Under the pieces are notes generated by a model. That model made no database searches and was not told where the DNA came from. It was given only the letters and a program-made list of their open reading frames with translations. Position numbers and translations under genes: made by a program. From Parasitella parasitica NRRL 2501 (taxonomy: Eukaryota; Fungi; Mucoromycota), in the NCBI GenBank assembly GCA_025201805.1, contig MU619314.1, positions 1 through 64,000 on the forward strand: DNA of 64,000 nt, read 5' to 3'. Shown in pieces: positions 34,780 to 47,859 of the stretch. The first letter of the stretch is position 1, and each line of letters begins with the position of its first letter.

Positions 34780-37653
34780 TTATCGTGCACCTCCAATATA
34801 AACTGATCTCAAAACTCTGATAAAGAATTGATTACCATGTTTGATATACATACACAACATATGCTATTCTCTTACCTGGCTACATTTTCCATTGCTTTGC
34901 GTCTCATTCTCTCTTTTTGACTGAGCACAGCATGTCCTGGCAACGCTGTTCGCAAAACCCTGTTGAATCTATGAGTATAATTCACGCCATCACCGCTATT
35001 ATCACTCACTTTTCAAACAATACAATCACGTCTTGGCTGTTCAAACGGCTATATTTTTTGTTTCTAACTTGAGGAGTCAAGTATTCTTCCGGATTATCTG
35101 ACAGAATAGCAAGATCAAGCAACTGTCGCAATTCTACAAAGGTATCCATAACAGTTGGGTCGCCTAGACTATGCACAAAACCCTCAACAAAGCGGACATC
35201 CGTGTCAAAATTACTCAATGCAATTTCTGTCATAATACGTTGATCTGGATTCAGCAATAAACTCTTCATCGATTGGCTCAAATGTTCCAAAGCATCAAAA
35301 TACAGCAAGCTTTTGATAGTTTCTGGTAGATTTAACAGTGCAGCATTAGTAACGTTGGTCAGAAAAGTGACCAAATCCTGTAGACTTGGGCTAGGTTGCT
35401 TTTGGATCTCTTGAGATTCCCAGTCGTATTCAAACAGCTCCAAGAATTCATCCAATTTAGAATTTACCAGTTCGAAAATACGTTTTTCAGCTTTATGACG
35501 AGTGTCTTTAAATGTGGATGTAGCCTTGAGATGAATACGGCCAGAGCGATGGAAAGAACGAGTTTCCATCAGTAACATTTCGAAATCAGGACATGTTGAT
35601 TCAAAGTATTCAATGTTGATGATAATCTGGACAATCTGCGATAAATTGGTGGATTGCAACTTCTTCAATAAGATAGCATTGACTTTTTGAATCAGTAAGC
35701 TATCTACTGCTTTCTTAAGAATATCGTCCATTTCACCGTGCGTTTGACTAAATCCTTCCGCAAACTGATAAAACTGATGGACAAAGAAACTGACATCACG
35801 ACAACAAGTTGGAAACACTTTCGAGAATGGTAAACGTAAGGGGAATCTAATTAAGCGTATTAGAAAAATGAAGTAAAGTGAAAAGAAAGAAAAAAAAATA
35901 CCCATATCTCTTTATGAATTCTCGATCTGGTCGGAATCGGGTATATTGCATCACTTCCTTAAGTTCATCGTCGTTCTCCACCGTCATCGGCATACACTCA
36001 TCTTCTTGCACAATCTTTTCAAATACCTGACTGTATTGGTTAATGAGTAATTCCGAATAGCGTTGGAATAGTGTCAACAGGGTTTCTTGCAATGGTTTGA
36101 CAGAATAATCAAATCCTTCCAGAGTTTGAATAAATATCAGCAAGGAAAACTTGATCCTCAGGAACAGTTCAGGGTCACTGCATCCTTTCAAACTCTCGGA
36201 AACTACCAAGATAACTTTGCCCGTAACCATCTCCCATAGACCGTCCACCTCAGCTTGGCTTCTGAAGTCAGTTGTATTGTGTAAAATCATGTGTTCAATG
36301 ATAAAAAAGCCAACAATGTCTTGAAGCAAAAAGTCAAATGTTGTCAGGTTGCCATCACGAAAGTTAATAGGAGTGGATAGAGCTAAATTTGCTTGTGCCT
36401 GCAATTGTATGTGAGTTGTTTGGTACACTATTCACACAATGTACTGAAATTACTCTTCTATCCTCTGAATAAGACGTCTTGAATTCGTTTCTCTTGCCCA
36501 ATGTTTCGTACACATGAATGCAACGATAAAGGGGCTCGAAATCAATATTCACTTCATCCAAAATACTCGCTATCTAAAGTTAAGTGAATACGTTCAACAG
36601 TATACAAATGAAAAAATGGCATAACTTACTTTCTAATCCTTCATTGACAACCATTTCTATTGCTGAATTCACTTGGTGATGTTGAAGATTCTTCAGCTTT
36701 GGATTTTCTGTAGTCTTTGACCTCCATCTTTCCTGTCTTTCTTGCATGCGTTGCATAGCTAGATTTCCGATTTCTCGAGATATCTCACGAACTCTTGCCA
36801 GCCATTCTTTTAACTCAACAGTAACTGTGGTTTTGATAGAGTTCTGCATCACTGGTATCCCTTGGGCCAACATTTTAGCAAAAGTATATTGTGTAATTTG
36901 GCCTAAACGGTCATTCTCAAGCCTGTCCAACATCTTTTTGGCGTTGTTCGTTGATGTTAGTTGCAATACTTCATACACAGTGCAATATACTCACTTTCAA
37001 AGCAGCGTAGTATTTCTTTTTCTCCAATAAATCATTGACTCTGTTGGCAGACTCCAGTACGACCAAACTAGATTGGAGTGCTTCAATAGCGTCCTCCACA
37101 TTCTGTTGAACTTTCCTAGCATTGGTCAGTTCTCGTTTCTAGGGAAAAAAAAAAAGGTGGTAAATGGAACGGTTTGAATCATGCATTTTGTGTTTATGCT
37201 CACTTTTTCAGCCCATCGAGTGCCTCGCGATTGTAGAGCCTCGTTGACTTCTGCTAGCTTTCTGCGTAGCTCGACTGACCCTTGCCTTACTTTCAAGAGC
37301 TGATCTACAGCATGCACAAATTCCTATGTGTATTCTAGATCAATACTTTTTTGCTTCTTTGTCCATAATGGTACATTTGTTGATTTTACTTGATAGTGAG
37401 AATTACACATGCGTTCGATTTCTCCATCTTTTTTTCGGATTAAAGTGTCTAGCGCATCTAGAAATGCTTCCTGTTTGCCTGTTTCTGTAATGTTCTTGAT
37501 GACAGGACCTAACTGCTCCAAGTTTTCAGAATCATCCAGAGTTGCAGAAAATATCAGCTCGATTCCGCTTGCAAAGACGTTCGTGTCGCTGATAGACGTC
37601 TTTTCCATAGATCTTGCTAGTCTTCCGAGCTCATCGTTGTTTGTTGACGGCAT
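34780..37653 (-). CDS. SEC15: Exocyst complex subunit Sec15 (multi-exon)
   Basis: LEQLGPVIK, EIERMCNSHYQ, IDFEPLYRCIHVYETLG, LQDIVGFFIIE, LPFSKVFP, TFVELRQLLDL. Confidence 0.93.
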
Positions 37654-38997
37654 TATGATTTAGTAGACAGAGTAAGAGAGAAAGAGAGAAAGAGAGAATA
37701 AAAAGTGAATAACAAATGTGCAACCAAATGTGTCGGTTGATGACGCGCTATAAAAGAAAAAGTAGATGCAGCATTAATTGGAACTCGAACACTCTCCACT
37801 TGGGCAAATAGATTTTAACAATTCTATTCATATTGTAATTTCCGTAAACAGCCCTCAAGATCTATCAAATAGTACTTTTTAGTGTTTCTGCTAGATAAAT
37901 CAATTCTGAAAGAGAACCTTGATGGTTTCAAAATGGCAGCAAAACACCTCTAAGCACTGTGCTAAAAATTGTGTTGAAGCGTAGCCCCAGAACTATACTA
38001 ATGTTCAAATACTACTTGACACTGTCATAGGTACACTCAAGTTGTGTTTTCTTCACTTTTCTTTAAAGCTTTTCATATTTCAGTGGTGTTCTGAGATTGA
38101 ATATCTCACTGCTTCTTTTCCTCCATTGACGCTTGAATTGTGAAGAATTATCTTTTCTTTTTGCATTTATTCAGATTCTGCCGCTAATTGCTTACAAATT
38201 AGCACACACTTAATTATTAAAACTTATGAAGAATTGTACTGCGTATCTAACAGTATAATTTTGAAAAGAATCGTAAATGCATATCGTACGCAATATTAAA
38301 AAAAAGGGAAATATTAATACCGGCCAAAAGTCAAACTTTCCATTAATTAACATCCAGACACACATTTGCAAACAATGCAAGCAGTTTATATTATTTTATA
38401 CCAATAATTATCTTAATAAAAAGTTTTATTTTTTGGGCGAAAACCTCAGTAAACCAAATTTTAACGATTTTGATGCAGTAGTTACAGGCATTGGAGGTCG
38501 ATTTTGACGAGATTTTTCATGGCACTAACTTTTGGGGATATAGTAGTATTTAGTAATTATAGACCGAAAAGTGTCGTTTGGTGCAATTTCGAGCACTCGC
38601 AGCAGGCTGAAACCGCCAAAATCAGGCTTTGAAATTCTCGGTTTTAGGCTGTTTTGTACACATTTATTCGTATTTATCAAATAAAGCAGCTGTTCTCAAC
38701 GTTCTTTTTTTTCTTTCATCTACTACTGTATATTTATCCTCATAGTGGGTTTATCTGGGTTGATAGAACATGTTCTACAAACCTCTAAAATAGCACAGTT
38801 CAGGTTTCAAAGAAGAATGAGCATACACATAAGATTGACTGAAATCCCTTTGAAATATAGACATTGCATATATTTCATATGAACATTTCTACTAAAGACT
38901 GCATTCATACACTCCAGTCAACTTACACATACACAGCAACGCAAGAAATACATTTCGCTGCTTTTATTTTATCAAAAACGATTATAATGCCATGTAT

Positions 38998-39726
38998 TTA
39001 CAACCCTGATTTTCTAATTTTCTTGACCTTTTTACCACCTTTCTTTTGAAAATCACGCCAACTACTTACACGAGTGTCTCGGGATGCTTCCCACTGCTTT
39101 GCGTCTTCAGCCTTTCGCTTTCTTTCATTAACCATTTGTTCAGCCTTTCTCTTTTCTGCACCCTCTGCCTCCATTTCCTTCTTCATTTGACGGCGTTTTC
39201 GAAGTTCCATTTCTATCAAAATTTCCTTCATTTTTTCTTTCACCTGTGTTTGACCTTGAGATGTTTGTAAATACGGATATTCTTTTTCATCGAGGATAGC
39301 GATAGAGTCCAGCGATGCTTTGAGCTGGGGAGCTCCTCCTTCTGGATCCTCCGTCATGATTGGAGCATTGACCTTGATTTCTGTCTTGATCTTGTGTCCG
39401 TTGTCACGCAACACTTCCACACGAGCCTCTTCAATCACTGTCAAAAGAAACTTGATGCGAGATTCATCTGTCAATTCAGATTCTGCTTTCTTCAATAAAG
39501 CAAATGCATCCTGTGCATTCTCATGCTGAACCTTGTCAGGATGTATCATTAAGCTCTTTTTGCGATACGCCATTTTGATTGCTTTGGGATCGGGTTTGTT
39601 GTATGGAAGCTCGAGGATTGCAAACGGGTCTAGTTTGAAACAAGCCATAACCCTTTCAATCTCTACCTGTTTTTCTGATTGGGAGAAGAATTTGTCGAGA
39701 TCTTCGTCTGTAGTAGATGTTGCCAT
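38998..39726 (-). CDS. SPF31: J-domain protein Spf31/DNAJC8 (spliceosome-associated)
   Basis: EIERVMACFKLDPFAIL, YRKKSLMIHPDK, C-terminal WEASRDTRVSSWRDF. Confidence 0.88.
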   Translation of the reverse strand: MATSTTDEDLDKFFSQSEKQVEIERVMACFKLDPFAILELPYNKPDPKAIKMAYRKKSLMIHPDKVQHENAQDAFALLKKAESELTDESRIKFLLTVIEEARVEVLRDNGHKIKTEIKVNAPIMTEDPEGGAPQLKASLDSIAILDEKEYPYLQTSQGQTQVKEKMKEILIEMELRKRRQMKKEMEAEGAEKRKAEQMVNERKRKAEDAKQWEASRDTRVSSWRDFQKKGGKKVKKIRKSGL

Positions 39727-40007
39727 GGTGTCTGCTATAGTAAAAGAAAACAATCTTATAGGGCTTATTTCAAAGATTTGCCAAGCAAATGAAGCAGGAA
39801 GCAATCAATCTAGACGTCATCAGAGTAACTACCCAGTGGGAAACGACTGCTATAAAGAAGAAATTTTCTCTCTTTTGTTTAGTTTTTCTTTTTTTCCCAT
39901 TCTTCTCTTGTAGTTATCAAAAAGATACTTTCTGTATCAAACCTTCATTATCCATATTATTTGTACGTATATTATCTTTTCTACATCCTCTTTTCATATA
40001 AAACAGA

Positions 40008-43000
40008 ATGTCTAGCGGCACGAATGGTAAGCCTTATATTTTCTTTTATATTAATCATACGGTGATAAAAAAAAGTGCAATGGGATACCTAGTCAAGATA
40101 TTGTCAAATATGGCAGACACTAGAGCATCTCATCTTCTTCCCTCCTCTTTTCTCAATGTATATTGAAAAAAAAAACTCGATAACCGTCATGTTTTGTATT
40201 GCCCATATAATCTCTTTGAAAGGTTGTATAACTACAAACTACCACTATCACAAAAACCTCCAAAAGAAGAGAAAAAGTCATGGAAAGAAGAAGAGCAGCG
40301 TTCCAGAAAAGAGGCAAGAAAAACGAATCAATTACCTCGGTAAAACGAGTGTAAATCAAACATTGAATTCGTCATTTTTTACTCTTTTTTTTTCTATGTA
40401 CTAGAAAACGCATGATTCTTTTGATTCCCTTTTTTTCATATACATATTTTTCCAGTCTATTGTTTTTCTTGTTGCTATGCTGGAAAAGAAAAGAACTGAA
40501 AGTCAGTTTCTTTTTAAGAATTTGTTATTTGTGCATGAAGACACATTTTTTACCAGTTGACAACTGAAGATTGCTTCTGATTGGAAAAGCCATGAATCGA
40601 CTAGAAGACGAGATACAGTAGAGTCAATATATTGGTTAAATTGCATTCGCTTACACATAGACATGCACAAAGTCGAAGAAGAGAGGGAGGGGGAAGATGA
40701 TATTGGGAAGCACCTTGATTTTTCGATTATAATATTTATAACACAATGAAATGTTGAATATTAAAGTATTGATTTTTTTTAAATTACAAACAGAAGCTAT
40801 TCCGATGCTTGGAGGTGTTACCAGCGTTACAGGTGCGTAAATAAATGCCAGTGAGAAATCAAGCCTGGTGGGTTTTTTGTTTTTACATGTTTGTGGCTAG
40901 CAGTTCATGCGACTCCAATTGACAAACATGTTTAAAAATAAACCCAATTAATGTCGAAAAATGGATATTAACCTTTTTTTTTTTTTTTTTTTTTAGAAAT
41001 GCCATCCACAACATTTGAACCATTCGAGAAAGGAATTAAAACTGTAGATGATTATCAAAAATACTTGACTATACTCCAGAATACTAGTGAATTTAAGCCA
41101 AGTCTATTTGAACCTTTATTTAAAACTCTGGACAGTGTTGTGCTCAACAGGTATGTAGTTCATGATTTTAGAAGGGAACACAATAGCTGAAATTTTACGC
41201 AGCATTGGTGAATCACAAGAATTTGGTAAAGTTATGAAGCAATCGATGGATATTGCATGCACCACTTGGAATGAAGCCATGATCAAATCTCTTCTGAAGG
41301 TATGTGTATTTTGTAAAAAACGAGCTTTGCCACAATCTTTAACACAATAAACCTGTTTTGATTTTAGATAATGCGCTATTTACCGCTCAATTTGGATGTT
41401 TTGATAAAAAACTCTTTAGGATTCGGTGTCAAAAACATTAAAAAAAATGCAACTGAAAAGAATTCTACTGAAATTATTGACTTGACCAATTCTCTAATTG
41501 AAAAGTGGAAGGGATTACAAAAGAAATCAAGCGTAAATGCCAATGGCAAGCGTAACAGTCCAGACAGACGTAAGAAGTAAAGCAAATCCAGGAACTTGCG
41601 TCTTTACTAACTATTTCCAATCTCATATGAATAGTCTCTTCTACTTCGCCACCTTCGTCAACTGAGCAGCCTGTTAAGAAGCAAATTAAGCTTGCAATTC
41701 AAAAAGAACCTCCCAGCAGACCAAAAGCGATGGCTGATCCAAACTTCTTGTCGTCCTTGAGAGAATCTAAAAAATATCCAAACACTCGCCCTATTTATAA
41801 CGTTGACAAGATCCTCGAAGGATTCGGAAACAAATATGGTAAAACGAGCACGGCTTCAGAAGCCGATACAATGTCCCTAAGTAGTTTTAAGAAACGAGAT
41901 GCTGAGGACTCAACTCCTGGTGTTGATTCTCCAAAGAAAAAGAGAGTTCGCTTTAAAGATGATTTGTTCGAAATTAGAGAGTATGAGAAGAATCCTGAGG
42001 AATGGACTAACTTTGTAAGTGATGCGATCTGAATCACTAGAAACAGCACTCTAACCACTCGATGACACAAATATAGGATTCTAATGGCCAAAATGTGGAC
42101 CATCAGTATGGCAATGCTCGTGACCTTGATGTAAAAGAGGGCCAAAACGCATTCATACATGCTCCAGAAATTGCTTGGTACACACCTTTCAAGCTTCAGT
42201 TTGATTTGGATGATCCCAATTCCAACTTAAATGTTCGCAGCGCGATTCAAACTAATGAAGTGCTGGCCCAAGATGGCCGTGAGAAGCTGGCATTGGCAGC
42301 AATTTACACTAGCCCACAACATATTCCACCTTCCCCTGCAGAGCCGGATGAGATACCTGACCCCAATTCCGATACTTCTGTTACAGTCATTCCATTAGAA
42401 GATACGGAATATTCACCTCCATCCAATTCTGGGAATGACCCATCATTATCATTGCTGCATTCTTCTCATCCTGTATCCTACTCTTCATTTTCTTCATCAT
42501 CAGTAACAGAGCCTGTCGTCCAGCCTAATCTGCTTACAGCTGCTAATCTGAATGCTGCTCTTGCTGCGATACAAGAAAAAACTTCGTCTCATTTGATACC
42601 TCAGCAACCACAGCAACACTACAATTACCCTGTTACGAATGCTGCGTTACAAGTGCATGAGCCAAGCACAGCTACTTTTCAAGACCAATCAGCCGCTGCT
42701 TCTACTAGCCTCCAAGGCACCGCTTCACCCACGACTCCTCCTACAATCGCTGGGATGCTTGGCCAACCAGAAATTTCTTCTCATACAGTTGACAATATAC
42801 TTAAGAATAATCCTAGGTTAGCATTTTTAAATAATTTATCTGCCGTACACTTGTATTTACGTGTTATTGTTTATAGTATCATGAACTCTTTAAAACAGTT
42901 GTCTTTTCTAACAGGAAATAACACTGTCAATGCTTTACCACCGCCTCAGGCACAATCTCAACCAGCATATCAATCCATATTACCTTATCAATCGTATCAA

Positions 43001-43323
43001 CAGCAAACCCCTCCTCCTCCTTCCAACCAACAGCAATTTTATCACAATAATGTAAGTTTATGGTAACTTATATATAATAATTCATCTAATAACGAACTTA
43101 CTGGTAGAATTGGAATCACAACCCCAATAGCGAGTACACGAATGATGGGCTGACTCAGGCACAGCGAAAGAAGAATAAAAATCGAGGTACCAAGAGAGGC
43201 AACCGTAGTAGTATGAAAGGATTAGGAAGGAATACTCGTTCTAATGTCTGTAACTTTCATAACACAGCAGAGGGTTGTCGCCGTGGTGAATCTTGCCCCT
43301 ATCTTCATGAAGGTCTTAATTAA
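40008..43323 (+). CDS. PNUTS/PPP1R10 (Ref2/Ppn1)-like PP1 regulatory subunit
   Basis: TFIIS-N-like region (LPLNLDVLIKNSLGFGVK...LIEKWK), PP1-docking KKKRVRFKDDLFEIREY, ARDLDVKEG, terminal CCCH finger CNFHNTAEGCRRGESCPYLH. Small exons 40008-40026 and 40794-40832 join in frame. Confidence 0.8.
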
Positions 43324-43384
43324 CAAATCTGTTCGCAATGCTTGCTCCTTCTATATATAAGCTGCAAACTCACTACTACCTTTG

Positions 43385-43399
43385 NNNNNNNNNNNNNNN
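43385..43399. other. Assembly gap (15 N)
   Basis: Seen directly. Confidence 1.
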
Positions 43400-43581
43400 A
43401 AAAAAAAAATCACTGAAAGTGATTCTAAAGAATTGCAGTGATTTTTATCACAATGTTAAAATTACTGTCCCAATGAATAAATATACATCTAGAGCAGATT
43501 CAAACATTTAAAACAGACATGCTAAAGTATAACTAGTTTAATAATCATAAGAGACTATTTGGATCAGTGTTAGAACCGAAG

Positions 43582-45190
43582 TCAAACTTTTACAAAAGGC
43601 TGCCAGCCAGCTCTCATAACGCGCAAGACTAGACAAAAAAGGCCACCTACCGCCATTAATAGCCCACCCCATACTGCTGCATAAACATAATTTGGGGGTG
43701 TGGTATGATTAACAATAGCGGATGCGATGGGAGTACCAAATAAATAGCCAAAAGTGTTTGTAAAATATAATAAGCCGGTTGCAGCAGTGATATTATCATA
43801 TCCAGCTACTTGAGGCAAAGAAGCAGGAAATAAAGTCAAGTAGCCACCACCAAAGAAGCCATAAAGAACTGCGAAAACCCAAATACTAGCCTCAGTACGA
43901 GCGTTTGTCCAGATAGCCAAACTCATAATACCAGCTAAAAACGTGCAAATAGTTAAACCATTGACCCGGCCAATTCTATCACTGGTATAACCGTTCACCA
44001 GTTTAGATACAGCGTTAATGGCAGAGAGAATGGCGGACAAGTTGGTACTCACCCAAGGGTTTAGGCCCATGAATGTAGCATAAGCTGTCATCAAAATTTC
44101 TTATTAGAGAAATCCATGTATTTATAGTTAGATTTGTACTTGCATGGCAAAAGAAAGGACGGTACCAAATAGCCAAATGTTGTGATAAAACCAACCACCA
44201 TCATGATGTTAAATTGCTTATTTTCCAAAAGAGACAATTGCCTATGATACATTTCAGTGAGGCCTTGGTTTTGTTCATCTTGTAAACGCTGTTTTTGCAG
44301 TTGAGTAGGTGATTGTTTCACAAAAATAGTTGCAAGGATCAAAAAGAAAAAGCAAATGAAGCCAGCAATACGAAGAGCCCATCGATAGCCCAAAGTAAGC
44401 ATAACTGCTTGACAAATATTAGATAAAACAAGGCCACCGACGCCTGATCCGCACATAGTAATGCCGATTGCAGTACCCCGACGAGTAGAAAACCACTCTT
44501 GTGGTGCGCTGATGCATGGAAACCACACAAAGGAAGCTCCAATGCCAAACATGACACCTTGAGTTAAATATAAATGCCAAACCTATACAGTGCAATTTTA
44601 ATCCACCAAGGTTATATACAATAAGACAAACATTTACATACCTCATGACTAATACTTGCCAACATGAGTGCAAGAGGACACATAATAGTAGCAAAAGCAA
44701 GCATCTTTGAATATCCTAATTTGCGAACAACCCATTCATTGATGGGGCCAATGATGAAGTACAAAGCAATGCATATTGACCCGATCCATGAGAGTTTTGT
44801 CATTTCTCCAACATAGACATTTTGATTGTAATTACGAAAAAATGTTCCCCAGCTATAATTTACGCCGTAGCTATATATGTAACTATGTTAATATCAGGTA
44901 TCGAAAGATTGCCAACCATACATACATAGCAAACATGCCCTATATAGCCAGGTGTCAGTTTAAGTTCATGTGCGCATGTGATTAACGAATTTTAAGCGTC
45001 CCAAACTTACACAAAAACAACCAAAGACCACAGTCCATGCTACTCTTCCACCATCAGGAGCATCCAATACGCCAACCTCACCAATGTCATTGCCAATCGT
45101 ATCACCATCGGTTTGTCGAATAGATACCATACCAAATTCTTCCTTGTGTAGATCACTCTGATCTATTACAGCTTGGGATTTCTGGGCCAT
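43582..45190 (-). CDS. MFS transporter, monocarboxylate/MCH (SLC16-like) family
   Basis: APDGGRVAWTVVFG, LSWIGS, WFSTRRGTAIGITMCGSGVGG, GYTSDRIGRVN. Includes a 14-nt micro-exon (44926-44939). Confidence 0.9.
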
Positions 45191-47859
45191 ATTTTATGAT
45201 TTATAGATGAATCCAAAATGAACCGTAAGAAAGATCAATTTATTTATACATATAAAAAAAAAAACAAGTTATATCTATTACAATTGATTGAGATCCCGAA
45301 GTCTTAAATACTCTTGTCAGTTCCATTATAACGCAAATTTGAGTGGATTTTATCCAAATAGAACAAAAAATATTTATCACAATAACAAGACATACTTGAC
45401 AACTTGGTTTATCTGGCTTGAATACGTTATGCAACCAATAATTGCGTATGAAAAGCTATTCGGATAACTTAGGATCCTGACGATGGAGATGGTTTCAGTC
45501 ACATTGATCTTGAAAGATCTACAAATGTTTTTGATGCACAGCACACGCATATTTCATTCTTGACAAACCTTAACTTCTATATCATTTGTCTACTCAAATT
45601 TTAAAAAATGTAAAATGAAAAGAATTTTAGCAATTTATTTTTTATATATTAAATGGACGTTAGAAAATGTATCATGAAAAGAATTTTAGCCATGTGTTAT
45701 ATGAATGTTAACGGATACGCACGTGGACATCTGAGTTGTTTTAGATAATGATTGAGCAATGAAACATGAACTGTGTATATGATAACATTTGAATCCAGTA
45801 AATATCTTGGAATTAAAATTGAGGTCAATTGTAATAATGCCTGCTACAGTAGTAGCGCTGTAATTTTAGGAGACAATATTCAACATGCTCAACAGCATGA
45901 GTATTCTTAGACCTTTGGGTAGCATATACTGTACGTGACATTTTGATTAAAGACTTTCATTTTATCGGATACATCTAGTTTTTTGTTGGGTTTTTACATA
46001 TATTTCTTCGAGCTACGTATGACATATATTTGACGAATCCAGATACTTTATATCTCTGCCTACCAAACTGTCATTACAAGTAGAATTGAAGCAAGGTTGT
46101 GCATATCAAAGAGTATCGCTGTTGATTTGATAGATTACAAGTGGTCAAGAAGAGCAATGGTTGATATAAAACGCTATGTTTGATTGTTGAGCAATACCAC
46201 ATACAGGTCTCTAAAAGCTCGGCATTCATCTTTTGCTAAAGTAACTTGTATCACAATTGTAGAATGTTTGTAGTTGTCACGTTTAACTTCTGTCTTTATA
46301 ACATTGTGCATGTCTTTCAAGATAGTATTTGTATAATGTGAAAGCAAATAAGCAGGTATTGACGAATCAATTTGATTATTTACCCTAAATGACAAGCTGG
46401 TTTGTTTTTTTAGAAAACCAAATGGCATCGAGTTGCATAAATCTGTCACAAAGCGACCTTAAGGAAACGGTCCAAGACTATATACACCATATTGGTACCT
46501 TAGATCGAGGTAGAAGATGGTGATCGTCTCATCATGGAAACGGATATTCAGTAATCAAATATCGCGGGCTTATAAATTGATGCAAGGAGATATGGTCGCA
46601 ACATCCATCTCCTTGATGCACAGACACAGGGGTAGCTTTAAAATGACACATCAAGTCGTGTGGATTCTTTTATTTAGAAAATATAAGAAAAGTATATGTT
46701 TACGTGATTTGTTTAAAAGGTTTCGCTATCCAGATTTGAATTCATAGATAAATGAAAAGCGCAGGTTTTGGAATTAGTCTTGAGCCTATATCCCTGATCA
46801 TAAAATTGGATACCATTGAGCTACTTAAATGCTGCATGTAGCTTTATCGCTGCCTTGTATGTAATGTGACAGAGATAAGCCGGGTTTGCTTAACTAATAC
46901 TCAGTTTGCTACATGACCATATATTTTTTTACTTGCTATTACGCTTTACAAAACACAAAAAATTGGCAAAAGGTCATTGTTAAGCGCGCTTTTACCTCTA
47001 GAACTAGGGCTTTGGCTGTATAGAATTGATTTTGGGAAGCCGAATCAGGTTAGCAGCAGCTATTTGGTAGATTTATATACATGTATTATGTATAAAAGAA
47101 AAGGGTAAACATGTGTAACAAGACTAAGAAGCAAACTAAATATATATTACAAAATGCAGGGCATGATTGAATTATTTTCAATTTAAGTTTTAATTTGTAA
47201 AACGTCAAAAAAAAAAAAGAAAGGAATCGACCATCATAAATGTAACAGTGCTAAATAATCAAAGTCAACAATTAGATAAGCAAATTAGTATCAAGAACAT
47301 GCAGAATTCGTGAGCCTCATGCCATATATACATATACATCCATTGTATTTATACAATCAAAACATGACAAAGAGTTTAATCAAACAGAGATATTCAGAGT
47401 TAGTTTAGTAAAACATGCAAACCAAACGAGCGCACCAACAAAAATCTAGGACCCATGAAAAATAGTCCTATTATACAACGTGTAGTAGCATAATACGGAC
47501 GATCTATCTGTATCATCCGACTAAAGTGGTAAAAAAAAAAAAAAGCTCAAGAGATACAAGAGATCTCAAGATTCACAAGACAAAGGGTGGGATTTTCAAC
47601 CAGATACATTTTAAGAAGTGTACAACAAACTACAGTTTTTGTAGGAAAAAAGCTTAAATTTATTGTAAAATGATAATGTAATGTAATAGTTATAATATGA
47701 GGGAAACACAATGAATATTTACAGCAATAAAAAGGAGAGAGTGTGGGGTACTTGTATGGAGAGGATAAATGTATATACTAGCTAAGAACGATTCATAAAC
47801 TAAGGAATGCAACAAGGAAAGGATTTGCCATAACAGAGTTTTATCAAAAAGTAATAAAA

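Noticed and set aside
38322-38336. 15-bp GGCCAAAAGTCAAAC also present inverted at ~62535
   Set aside because: Single short match 24 kb apart with no extension; likely chance.
45700-46750. Fragmentary ORFs between the MFS gene and CDC24
   Set aside because: Multiple stops and no identifiable family; noted only as a possible fossil.
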